A stretch of 61,486 bases of DNA from Clostridiales bacterium UBA1770 (GTDB lineage: Bacteria; Bacillota; Clostridia; Oscillospirales; CAG-272): positions 1-61,486 of the forward strand of contig DCGU01000076.1 of the NCBI GenBank assembly GCA_002315325.1, in the 5' to 3' direction. Positions 9,739 through 18,567 of this stretch are shown here, piece after piece. The first letter of the stretch is position 1. Each line of letters starts with the position of its first letter. The position numbers and the translations under genes are program-made. The notes under the pieces are model-generated. The model ran no database searches and was not told the origin of the DNA. It saw only the letters and a program-made list of their open reading frames with translations.

Positions 9739-10800
9739 ATGAACAAAAGTCAACGCCAACCCACAAACAAGCCCAAAGATAATAAAGGCAAAAAAGCTGC
9801 AACTAATAACACCACGTGCGCGAACGAAAAGGCAAAACACAACGATAACCGCGAAGCGCGTCCGGCACAAAGCGGGATGCGTACCGGGCTGCTCGACACG
9901 GCGCCCAAAAAGGAAAAGGCCGTCGCGTTTGACGTTGCACTCTTCCGCACCTACACCCCGCTTGCACTGCAGGCCAACGGCATTGATACAAATCAGTATT
10001 ACACACCGGCACAGGCTGCACTGTACGAACGGTTCTTCGCACAATTGTTCACTGTGAACGCCTATATGAATCTGACTGCCATTCGCTCCACAACCGAGGC
10101 GATTGTGAAACATTTGGTGGACTCCCTGACGATTGCATCTATGATCCCGCAGGGTGCCCACGTCCTTGACGTGGGATGCGGCGGCGGGTTCCCCTCGGTT
10201 CCACTGTGCATTGCACGGCCGGATATTCGCATCATCGCCTTTGACGCCACGGCAAAGAAGGTTGAATTCGTGAAGGGAATAGGAGAAGAGTTAGCAACGG
10301 CTAACTTGTCAACTTCCGTCGGGCGTGCAGAAGAATATGCCCATAAAAACGGCTGGAGAGAGTCCTTTGACGTTGTTGTCAGCCGGGCTGTTGCCAATAT
10401 GGCGGCACTGTGCCAGATCACCCTGCCCTTCGTCAAGATGGGCGGAGAGGTCATTGCCATGAAGGGGCCGAACGGCCTGCAGGAACTGCAGGTGGCCCTG
10501 CCGTTAATCCGCACCTATGGCGGAGAAACAAAACAAATTGATTGGACTAAGATTACGTTGAAGTCGCCGTTGCTGTCTTCTATAACGGGTACTCCCCTGC
10601 CCTGCACCGCGCAGGACGCGCCGACACCCGAGAACGGCTGCGCCTGCACACCCATAGAAGCCAACGTAACTTCCCCCGATCAGGCAGATAATGAACGCAC
10701 CATCCTATGCATTCGTAAAGCAGAACCTACGCCGCCCGTATTGCCCGGGACCTGGGCCCAAATCACGAAAGAGGCGGATAAGGCAAACGGTAAGGTCTAA
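9739..10800 (+). CDS. rsmG: 16S rRNA m7G methyltransferase RsmG (GidB) with N-terminal extension and C-terminal insertion
   Basis: The start is set at ATG 9739 behind AAAGGAG. The core contains NLTAIRS, VLDVGCGGGFPSVPL (SAM motif), SRAVA and the terminal LCIRKAEPTP block typical of RsmG. There is a ~75-aa K/N-rich N-terminal tail and a ~45-aa insert before the last block. Confidence 0.85.
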   Translation: MNKSQRQPTNKPKDNKGKKAATNNTTCANEKAKHNDNREARPAQSGMRTGLLDTAPKKEKAVAFDVALFRTYTPLALQANGIDTNQYYTPAQAALYERFFAQLFTVNAYMNLTAIRSTTEAIVKHLVDSLTIASMIPQGAHVLDVGCGGGFPSVPLCIARPDIRIIAFDATAKKVEFVKGIGEELATANLSTSVGRAEEYAHKNGWRESFDVVVSRAVANMAALCQITLPFVKMGGEVIAMKGPNGLQELQVALPLIRTYGGETKQIDWTKITLKSPLLSSITGTPLPCTAQDAPTPENGCACTPIEANVTSPDQADNERTILCIRKAEPTPPVLPGTWAQITKEADKANGKV

Positions 10801-10814
10801 ACGGTTGATATCTC

Positions 10815-10857
10815 ACGCGTTAAGTGCTTTTGAAAAGGCGCTTAACGCGTTTTTTTG
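10815..10857 (+). terminator. Rho-independent terminator after rsmG
   Basis: A 13-bp stem (ACGCGTTAAGTGC / GCGCTTAACGCGT, one G-U pair) is followed by TTTTTTT. Confidence 0.75.
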
Positions 10858-11168
10858 AGCAAATCAATGGGTTGACAGCCATAGAACGTGCTTCTCGTGC
10901 GCATAATGGCCTGCCGAGATTGTCTACCCATTGAAATCAATCAAAAAACGGCGCAATGACAACTACGGTCGAATGGATCGGCTATATACGCCACAAATGC
11001 AGGTAAAATGACACAAATTCGGCAGATATTTTCGGGAAAACAATGCCACACTCCGTATTTCTGAGTTGACAATGCTGCGAATAACTAAAATACTCTCAAT
11101 TGAGCCGTTGTTGGTCGATTTTGAACCAAATCGGCACATTTTGAGACAAAAAACAACGATATATCACC

Positions 11169-11194
11169 GGCAGGGAATTCACCTGCCCTTTTTT
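11169..11194 (+). terminator. Hairpin plus T6 terminator-like signal inside the gene-free gap
   Basis: GGCAGG-N7-CCTGCC is followed by C and TTTTTT. No annotated gene lies upstream, so it may end a small transcript. Confidence 0.45.
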
Positions 11195-11267
11195 ATTGGT
11201 TTTGGGTGACTGAAGCGGTATATTCGCCGTTGCGGGTTCCGTTAATATCAGCATTACCGTATTAGCG

Positions 11268-14213
11268 TGTTTCACGTGAAACAAATGGCTCATTAGATCA
11301 AAACATCAGACACATTGTCGCCCAAAAGACGTTTCCGGCCCCATTTTGCGCTGATAAGACCATTGTTTCTTGATATCAGGGGCACGCAGATGTAAAATTG
11401 CCTATTGTAATGCGTTTATTCGTTAGAAAATGATTGTTTCACGTGAAACATTGATGGAATATCACTCAATTCTGTGCCGGAATCACTTTGAAATGATTCT
11501 TTAACGATAGAATTAACCAATATTTGGCCATGTGATACGTTATCATCCGGTGTTTAACCAATTCTTGCATAAAACTGAGAGATTCTACCTGATATCAACT
11601 GATTTTCAACATCGGTTGGCTGTGTTTCACGTGAAACGTGGCGTTATGACCGCCATATCGTTATTATTATGAGCGTTTATAGACAAATAATAGCAAAATA
11701 TAGCATTTTATGCCATTGCATCTATTGTTTCACGTGAAACGCAGCATAATGACTGCTATATCGTTATAACTATGACCGTTTAGAGACAAATAATGGCAAA
11801 ATGCGGCGTTTTTGTGTCATTGCATCTATTGTTTCACGTGAAACACAGCGTTATGACTACATATCGTTATCAACATGCCCGTTTATATACAAATTATAGC
11901 AAAATGCGGCATTTTGCATCATTGCTCTTATTGTCTCGCGTGAAACATGGTGTTTTGATTACACAATCGTCAAAATCATGGCCTCTTGCAGATAAATGAT
12001 GACCAAATACGGCATTCAAACACTATTTATTCGATTGTTTCACGTGAAACGTGACGTATTGATCGCAAAATTGTCATAATCATAGCCCTTTTTCTACAAA
12101 TTATAAATAAATGCAGCATTGTTCGGCAGTAATTCAATTGTTTCACGTGAAACAGTGGTTTTGTGCCTTCTATAACCGGTTTATCTTAAAATAAATGCCA
12201 TTTCATCTTGAAATAATGATTTAAAGTCATCCTTATTACGTTTCAATGAGTATATTCGACGTTAACTGCCCTTAGTTTTGGAGTCTGGGCTTATATTTCC
12301 TTGCTTTTCAGCTGCTTTTGACGTTTTATCTTTGTACACCGGTTAAGAACGCCTTTATAAACACGTTTTTTAGAATAAATAAAGAAAAAACATCCTATTT
12401 TTTACTTATTTTCACCGTATTGCTGCCAATATACCGTTTTTATGCCGATAATTTCGGTCTCTTATGTATAGTTGAGCGGCTATATTTGATTTATCGACAA
12501 AATGGCTCATTTTTTGCAAATTGTTTCACGTGAAACGCGAATATAGCGCTTTTATCCGCAATTATATCTGATTTTTGCTGTTCTTCATATTCTTTTGCCG
12601 TAAAATCACCCGTTTTTATTTGCAAATAATGGTATGGAAACGTTTTGGCTGAAAAACGCAAATTCAACCCGGCTGCAGTGCCACATTTTATATAAATTCG
12701 TGTTATTCTTGCATTATTGACCCCAAAATGGCGATGAAAACCGTTTGTTTTGGCGCAAAATAACCTCAAAAATGGTTCGGGGCTGATAAGTTTAAGCCTT
12801 AAGCGGCTTGCATCGGTAAATTGTCGTTTCTTTCTTGTTTTTCTTGATGAAAAGGGCTGATTTTTCTTCCGTTTATTGGAATAACGAGCCGCAATTTGCA
12901 TGAAAAAGCATATAGATACTGTTATTTAGCCGATTGTGCATCGAAACAAACGTTCCTGTGAATGATTACCTGTATATTTCCGATTTAGTGCCGTAATTAT
13001 GCATTTTTGAGCTGCTTTTTTATTATGTTTCACATGAAACATAGAATGTTTGGTGTCGGGTGCGCTGTATTCTTTAAAAAATGCCGGCAATCTTGCTTTT
13101 TGATGCGTTTTTGCAATGATTAATCTTGAGAACGGCCGGAATCTTGATTTGTATTGTGAATTTGGCTTCTAAAACGCCATTCTTAATTGATTTTGCTGTA
13201 CAATCTGCTCTGAACGTCGGTTTATTGGCAATAACTTAAGTATTGGCATTGAAAACGCGAATGCTTCCTGATCAGAACCGGATTTAGATGCAAAAATGCA
13301 TATTGTTGAACGTATATTTGCTTTCCACACGTCAAATTAACTCATTTGGGCGGCATTTAGCATTAAAACTCACGATTATTAGCTACATTGTAATTTGCTA
13401 TGCTGCAATACTGTATTGAACCCGATGATAACGTTTATTGCGGCGTTTTTGCGCGCAAAATGATGGTTTGCACGGGATTTTGCCGTTATATCCGAGATAA
13501 AATCGGTCAAAAGGTCGCTGAATAATAGGGAAATGGCTCGATTGCGCCTAATGTGCCGACAATTGCAACCGTTTCCTGACTTTTCTTTGTTTCACGTGAA
13601 ACATAATGCTGTTTTTATGAGTTTATTGTTATTCTTTTGATGAGATATATTAGATAAATCCCCATTTTGCAGCGTTTCTGCAACCTTTTTGCACGATATA
13701 GTCGTATATTATAAGATTCGCTTGATTAATTTGCCATAGTGCGACTAAAATACTGCGTTAAAGCTTGTTTTGGGTCTCTGATGCGTTCGTAATGCCACGT
13801 ATTATATGCTTTTTGTTGAATGTCTGGCTATAGTTCTCACAATTGAAGCCAAAATTGACATTCTTTGGCTTTTTCGTTGAATGATCGTGCTAAAAACAAT
13901 CATTCTTTCGCGTTTCACGTGAAACAATTGCTTGTCAAACCAATATTTACTCGATTTTAGCCCGTAGATGCACTTGATATGTTGTAATCTGATTTTGCTC
14001 GGTAAAAACGGTGCATTTCGAGCAAAAAGGGCAGGGAAGTAAACGAAAATGCGCCGAACGTTTCACGTGAAACATATTCATGACGCCTATTTACATCGTT
14101 TCATTTGATTTTTGTTTGACGCCTGCCCTTCTTTGCTCATTTATCATCGCTTTGTGCTGCAAAGAGACGATTGTTTGTCGAAACGCAACGTTGACAACGT
14201 TTCACGTGAAACA
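11268..14213. promoter_or_regulatory. parS: Array of 14 parS (ParB-binding centromere) palindromes
   Basis: The exact 14-bp core GTTTCACGTGAAAC occurs in 16-mers starting at 11268, 11435, 11623, 11726, 11830, 12036, 12139, 12522, 13588, 13911, 14059 and 14198. Variants are TGTCTCGCGTGAAACA at 11932 and TGTTTCACATGAAACA at 13026. All match the chromosomal parS consensus TGTTNCACGTGAAACA. Confidence 0.85.
11623..12154. repeat. Degenerate ~103-bp tandem repeat, each unit starting with a parS site
   Basis: parS starts at 11623, 11726, 11830, 11932, 12036 and 12139 give spacings of 103, 104, 102, 104 and 103 bp. The inter-parS spacers are alignable (for example ...ATATCGTTAT...GACAAATAATRGCAAAATG...CATTGCATCTAT). 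Confidence 0.85.
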
Positions 14214-14307
14214 ATCCCTATTATATTTTCACTTTTACGTTTTCAACGTTCGTAAATCACGGCCTCAACGGCTTCATACTTTATTTTCCGTTTCTTGCAC
14301 CGTGCTC

Positions 14308-14336
14308 TTGCACATTCCCTTTATATATGATATAAT
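14308..14336 (+). promoter_or_regulatory. Sigma-70-type promoter upstream of parA
   Basis: TTGCAC (14308-14313), a 17-nt spacer, then TATAAT (14331-14336). It lies ~165 nt upstream of the parA ATG and downstream of the last parS. Confidence 0.5.
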
Positions 14337-14500
14337 AATAATGCTGAAAATGGGGTTCAGGGATCGTAATACTGACCCCAAAATCAATTCATTATTCAAA
14401 ATAGCATCCAATTTAACTTTGCAGTAAAACAAACCCGAATGCCGGCAATTTTTGCATTTGTTCGGTTCATATTCGGGTGACGAAGAGAAAGGAAAGAATC

Positions 14501-15262
14501 ATGGGAAAAATTATCTCTTTTGCCAACCAAAAGGGCGGTGTCGGTAAGACAACCTCCGCTATTAACGTTGCAGCCAGCCTGGGTTACATCGGCAAGAAAA
14601 CGTTGCTGATTGACCTTGACCCCCAGGGTAACTCCACTTCCGGTGTCGGTATTACCAAAAAAGGTCTGAAAAAGACCATTTATGACGTTCTGACCGACGG
14701 TACGGACATTCACGAGGCTATTATTGCCACCAAGTTCGATAATTTGAGCGTTATCCCCTCCACTATCGCGCTGGCAGGCGCCGAACTGGAGCTGATCGAG
14801 ATTGAAAACAGCGAATACCGTATGCGTGACGCTCTGAATCTCATTCGTGACGATTTCGACTACATTATTATTGACTGCCCGCCTTCCCTGGGTATGTTGA
14901 CCGTGAATGCCCTGTCCGGCTCCGACGGCGTCGTTATCCCCATGCAGTGCGAATTCTATGCGTTGGAAGGTTTGTCCCAGCTGATGAATACCGTATCCCG
15001 CATTCGTTCCCACTACAACGAAAAGTTGTCCGTAACCGGTATCCTGATTACCATGTACAATGCAAGACTGCTGCTTTCCCTGCAGGTTATCAACGAAATG
15101 GAGAAACACTACTCCGATAAGCTGTTCTCCACGATGATTACCCGTTCCGTTCGCCTGTCCGAGGCACCCGGCTTCGGCCGCCCGATTTGCTACCATGATC
15201 CCAAGGGTAAAGCTGCCCAGGAATACATGGCCATTGCCAAGGAATTGGCCGAAAGAATCTAA
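14501..15262 (+). CDS. parA: Chromosome partitioning ATPase ParA/Soj
   Basis: The start is set at ATG 14501 behind AAAGGAAAG. It has the deviant Walker A KGGVGKTT, the DLDPQGN and IIIDCPPSLG blocks, and a typical 253-aa length. Confidence 0.92.
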   Translation: MGKIISFANQKGGVGKTTSAINVAASLGYIGKKTLLIDLDPQGNSTSGVGITKKGLKKTIYDVLTDGTDIHEAIIATKFDNLSVIPSTIALAGAELELIEIENSEYRMRDALNLIRDDFDYIIIDCPPSLGMLTVNALSGSDGVVIPMQCEFYALEGLSQLMNTVSRIRSHYNEKLSVTGILITMYNARLLLSLQVINEMEKHYSDKLFSTMITRSVRLSEAPGFGRPICYHDPKGKAAQEYMAIAKELAERI

Positions 15263-15361
15263 TCTGCTGCCGATTGTTGTTTAAAGCAGTAAAAACGAAA
15301 GAAAGGATTGTTTCTATATAATATAATATTTATATTATATATAATATAGACGGTTTACGTC

Positions 15362-16258
15362 ATGCCGAAGAAAGCAGGTCTAGGAAAAGATTTCTTTTCC
15401 ATTATGGATGATAACACCATCGAGGAAGCCAAAGGTTCCGCTTCCACGTTGCGTATCTCCGATATTGAGCCCAGATCCAACCAGCCCCGTAAAGATTTCG
15501 AGCACGAAGCGCTGGAACAGTTAGCCGATTCCATTTCGGTCTACGGTGTCCTGCAGCCCATCATCGTTCGTGAAAACCCCAATGCCGCCGGCACGTATGA
15601 AATCATTGCCGGTGAGCGCCGCTGGCGCGCTGCCAAGATGGCAGGGTTGTCTGAAATTCCCGCCGTCATTCTGGAAGGGGATGAACTCAAGGCTGCCCAG
15701 GTTGCCCTGATTGAAAACATCCAGCGTGAAGACCTCAACCCCGTTGAAGAAGCCTTCGGTTATCAGTATTTGATTGAGAACTTTGGGCTGAAACAGGAAG
15801 AGGTTGCCCAGCAGGTTGGCAAGAGCCGCTCTGCCGTGGCCAATATGCTGCGTCTGATCGATTTGCCCGAGGAAGTACTCGAGTTATTGAAGGACGGCAG
15901 CCTCTCCACGGGCCACGCGCGCGCATTACTCGGCCTGGAAAGGGAAGAGGACATGCTGCCCCTGGCACAAAAAGTCATTGCCAAAGCCCTGAACGTACGC
16001 GATACCGAGCGTGCCGTTAAGGCTCTGAACGCCGCTGCCGACGAAAACGAAGTGGAATCCACCTTTGTGGACGCTTCCGTCCGTCAGCGCAAGGTTTACA
16101 TGAAGGATTTGGAACGCCGCGCGCTGTCTTCCCTGGGCCGTAAGGTTCGTATTACCGATAACGGTAAGAAGCAGACGCTGGAAATTGCTTACAACGGTGA
16201 CGACGATCTGGAATCGCTGCTCAAGCTGTTGTGCGGTGACGATTTCTTCAATGCCTGA
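15362..16258 (+). CDS. parB: Chromosome partitioning protein ParB/Spo0J
   Basis: 298 aa with the GLGKDF N-terminus. It has the QPR, LQPIIVR and GERRWRAAKMAGL (CTP-binding ParB box) motifs and an HTH region EEVAQQVGKSRSAVANMLRL. Confidence 0.92.
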   Translation: MPKKAGLGKDFFSIMDDNTIEEAKGSASTLRISDIEPRSNQPRKDFEHEALEQLADSISVYGVLQPIIVRENPNAAGTYEIIAGERRWRAAKMAGLSEIPAVILEGDELKAAQVALIENIQREDLNPVEEAFGYQYLIENFGLKQEEVAQQVGKSRSAVANMLRLIDLPEEVLELLKDGSLSTGHARALLGLEREEDMLPLAQKVIAKALNVRDTERAVKALNAAADENEVESTFVDASVRQRKVYMKDLERRALSSLGRKVRITDNGKKQTLEIAYNGDDDLESLLKLLCGDDFFNA

Positions 16259-16325
16259 CCCGGCAATGCTTTAAACACGCAAATTAAATTGTGAACAAAA
16301 AATTAATATAAGGAAGCGCTGATTC

Positions 16326-17618
16326 ATGATCGATATTAACTATATCAAAACAAACCCCGAAGAGGTCATTGCCCGCTTTGCCACCAAGGGTAAGGAAGCA
16401 AGAGCCGAAATTGAAAACATTATTGCCCTGGACAACGAACGCCGCGTTCTCATCTCCGAGAACGAGCAGATGAAGGCCGAGGCCAATAAAACCAACAAGC
16501 TGATTCCCCAAATGAAGAAAGAGGGCAAGGACGTTTCCGAAATCTTCGCCCGTATGAAGGAAATCGGCGCAATCACCAAGGCCAACGACGATAAGCAGAA
16601 GACGATTGAGGAAGAACTGTCCAACCTCTTGTTGAGCCTGCCCAACCTGCCCGACCGCGACCTCAAGGCCGGCGGTAAGGAGAACAACGAGCCCCTGCGT
16701 TACTACGGCGAGCCCCGCAAGTTCGATTTCGAACCCAAGAATCACGTCGATCTGTGCACCGACCTGGGTTTGATTGACTACAAACGCGCCGCAAAACTGT
16801 CCGGCGCCGGCTACTGGATCTATTCCGGTATGGGTGCGCGTCTGGAATGGGCAATTCTCAACTATTTCATCGATTTCCACACCAATAACGGCTACCAGTT
16901 TATGCTGGTGCCCCATATGCTGGGCTACGAATGCGGCCAGACGGCCGGTCAGTTCCCCAAATTCAAGGATGAAGTGTACTGGCTGGAGAAGCAGGACGAC
17001 GACGAACGCCGCCGTTTCATGCTGCCCACGGCCGAAACCGCGCTGGTCAGCCTGCACCGCGATGAAATCCTGACCGAGGCAGACCTGCCCAAGAAGTATT
17101 TCGCTTATACCCCCTGCTTCCGCCGTGAGGCCGGTTCCTACCGCGCCGACGAGCGTGGTATGGTGCGCGGTCACCAGTTCAATAAGGTGGAAATGGTACA
17201 GTACACGCTGCCCGAAAAGAGTGACGAGGCGTTTGACGAGCTCGTTACCAATGCCGAGAACCTGGTGAAGGGTCTGGGCTTCCACTTCCGTACCGTGAAA
17301 CTGGCTGCCGAGGACTGCTCCGCATCCATGGCGCGTACCTACGATATCGAAATCAACATTCCTTCCATGAACGGCTATAAAGAAGTATCCTCCGTGTCCA
17401 ACGCCCGCGATTACCAGGCCAGACGCGGTATGATGCGTGTCAGACGCGCAGACGGACGTTTGGAGTATTTACATACCCTGAACGGCTCCGGTCTCGCTAC
17501 AAGCCGAATTTTCCCCGCTCTGGTGGAGCAGAACCAGAATGCCGACGGCAGCGTCAACGTGCCCGACGTGCTCAAGAAGTACCTGGGCGGCATCGACGTG
17601 CTGCGTAAGCCGGAATAA
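16326..17618 (+). CDS. serS: Seryl-tRNA synthetase
   Basis: 430 aa with an N-terminal coiled-coil arm. Class II motifs include FRREAGS and GSGLATSR, and the end is SerS-like. Confidence 0.93.
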   Translation: MIDINYIKTNPEEVIARFATKGKEARAEIENIIALDNERRVLISENEQMKAEANKTNKLIPQMKKEGKDVSEIFARMKEIGAITKANDDKQKTIEEELSNLLLSLPNLPDRDLKAGGKENNEPLRYYGEPRKFDFEPKNHVDLCTDLGLIDYKRAAKLSGAGYWIYSGMGARLEWAILNYFIDFHTNNGYQFMLVPHMLGYECGQTAGQFPKFKDEVYWLEKQDDDERRRFMLPTAETALVSLHRDEILTEADLPKKYFAYTPCFRREAGSYRADERGMVRGHQFNKVEMVQYTLPEKSDEAFDELVTNAENLVKGLGFHFRTVKLAAEDCSASMARTYDIEINIPSMNGYKEVSSVSNARDYQARRGMMRVRRADGRLEYLHTLNGSGLATSRIFPALVEQNQNADGSVNVPDVLKKYLGGIDVLRKPE

Positions 17619-17641
17619 ACCCGCTCCGCTCGCTTTCAGCT

Positions 17642-18292
17642 ATGACCCTTTCGTTTGTACCTGCCGCAAGGCATTTAGTCAAGGTGGGACTCGATTCCAC
17701 CGTGTGGGAGGACGTCGCCGCGTACTTTACAAAGCTCTACGACGGTTTCAAGGACGTTAATCCCGCCAAAAACGGCTCTGTTTCGGTTTTCTGGATATTT
17801 ATCGGCTTATGCACGGGTATTATCCTTACAACCGTTTTTATGACCGTTTACAGGCGTCTGTGCGGGCCCCTGGTCCGCAAGCTGCTGTCGGCGGCTGCGG
17901 CCCCTGACCAAGCCAAGACGCTGGATGAACTCGGTATGAACACACCGCTTGTACGAATGGCCCTGTCCGGAAACGGGGAAATATCCCGTATCGTTTCCTG
18001 TGTCGAGGCCGATGCGCACGTACAGGCAGTCCTTGCTTCTTCGGCTGATGAGGGTCGGCCGAAGAAGATAAAGGATGACGCTTTGCTGTTCTCCTATCGG
18101 GGCAAATGGGATACGCTGCATTTTTACGTGAGTGAAAAGAATGCGTTTATCGCGGACGAGCATTTCAGTGAAAAGAACGGCCGTCTGCTCCCCATGTTCG
18201 TTACGATTGCTTTCGCCTTGCTCCTGACGTGGGTGCTTTTGCTGGTCGGCCCGTCCATTATTGGCTGGGCAGCAGCCAATTTAGTGAAATAA
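17642..18292 (+). CDS. Hypothetical membrane protein
   Basis: 216-aa ORF with two predicted TM helices (VFWIFIGLCTGIILTTVFMTV and the C-terminal FVTIAFALLLTWVLLLVGPSII). No family was recognised. The start codon is uncertain because there is no clear RBS. Confidence 0.5.
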   Translation: MTLSFVPAARHLVKVGLDSTVWEDVAAYFTKLYDGFKDVNPAKNGSVSVFWIFIGLCTGIILTTVFMTVYRRLCGPLVRKLLSAAAAPDQAKTLDELGMNTPLVRMALSGNGEISRIVSCVEADAHVQAVLASSADEGRPKKIKDDALLFSYRGKWDTLHFYVSEKNAFIADEHFSEKNGRLLPMFVTIAFALLLTWVLLLVGPSIIGWAAANLVK

Positions 18293-18394
18293 ATCCCTGA
18301 CGGGATTTGTGAAATACGTCTACGACGTGTGAAATTGTCCTTCGGACAGTGAAATACGCCTGCGGCGTGTGAGATGTCCTGCGGACAGTGAAAC
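18284..18394 (+). repeat. 20-nt periodic array: GTGAAAT linkers alternating with short covarying hairpins
   Basis: GTGAAAT occurs at 18284, 18309, 18329 and 18349, GTGAGAT at 18369 and GTGAAAC at 18388. The intervening hairpins are AAATCCC/GGGATTT, ACGTC/GACGT, TGTCC/GGACA, ACGCC/GGCGT and GTCC/GGAC. Confidence 0.8.
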
Positions 18395-18407
18395 GAACCG
18401 AAAAGAA

Positions 18408-18446
18408 AAACAGGTTGATTGAAACGTCAACCTGTTTTCTTTTTTT
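18408..18446 (+). terminator. Rho-independent terminator
   Basis: An 11-bp stem (AAACAGGTTGA / TCAACCTGTTT) is followed by TCTTTTTTT. Confidence 0.8.
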
Positions 18447-18567
18447 GCAGACACTTTTCAAAACGGCAAAAATTTTATATAATATACGCAATATGATTAC
18501 GATATGATAACCCGGCGCATTTTACGTGCGGGCAGGTTTGTTTTTTTGTTACAAGGGAGTTCGGTAC

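Noticed and set aside
9296-9802. Minus-strand ORFs of 168 and 115 aa (LSAISYQ... repeats), and the idea that the tract might be a CRISPR array
   Set aside because: They are pure translations of the 7-nt tandem repeat. The unit is far too short and there are no spacers, so it is neither coding nor CRISPR.
11096-14427. Five small ORFs (65-136 aa, both strands) inside the rsmG-parA gap
   Set aside because: Each is anchored on the FHVKH/FHVKQ translation of parS palindromes. They have skewed, non-protein-like composition and no convincing RBS. The region is better explained as noncoding centromere DNA.
15314-15349. AT-only quasi-palindrome in the parA-parB intergenic region
   Set aside because: The palindrome is imperfect, needs a 2-nt indel, and is made entirely of TA-rich low-complexity sequence. 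I cannot distinguish a functional site from low-complexity spacer DNA.
16259-16325. Possible T-box leader upstream of serS
   Set aside because: The intergenic space is only 67 nt and lacks specifier-loop or T-box (AGGGTGGTACCGCG-like) sequences.
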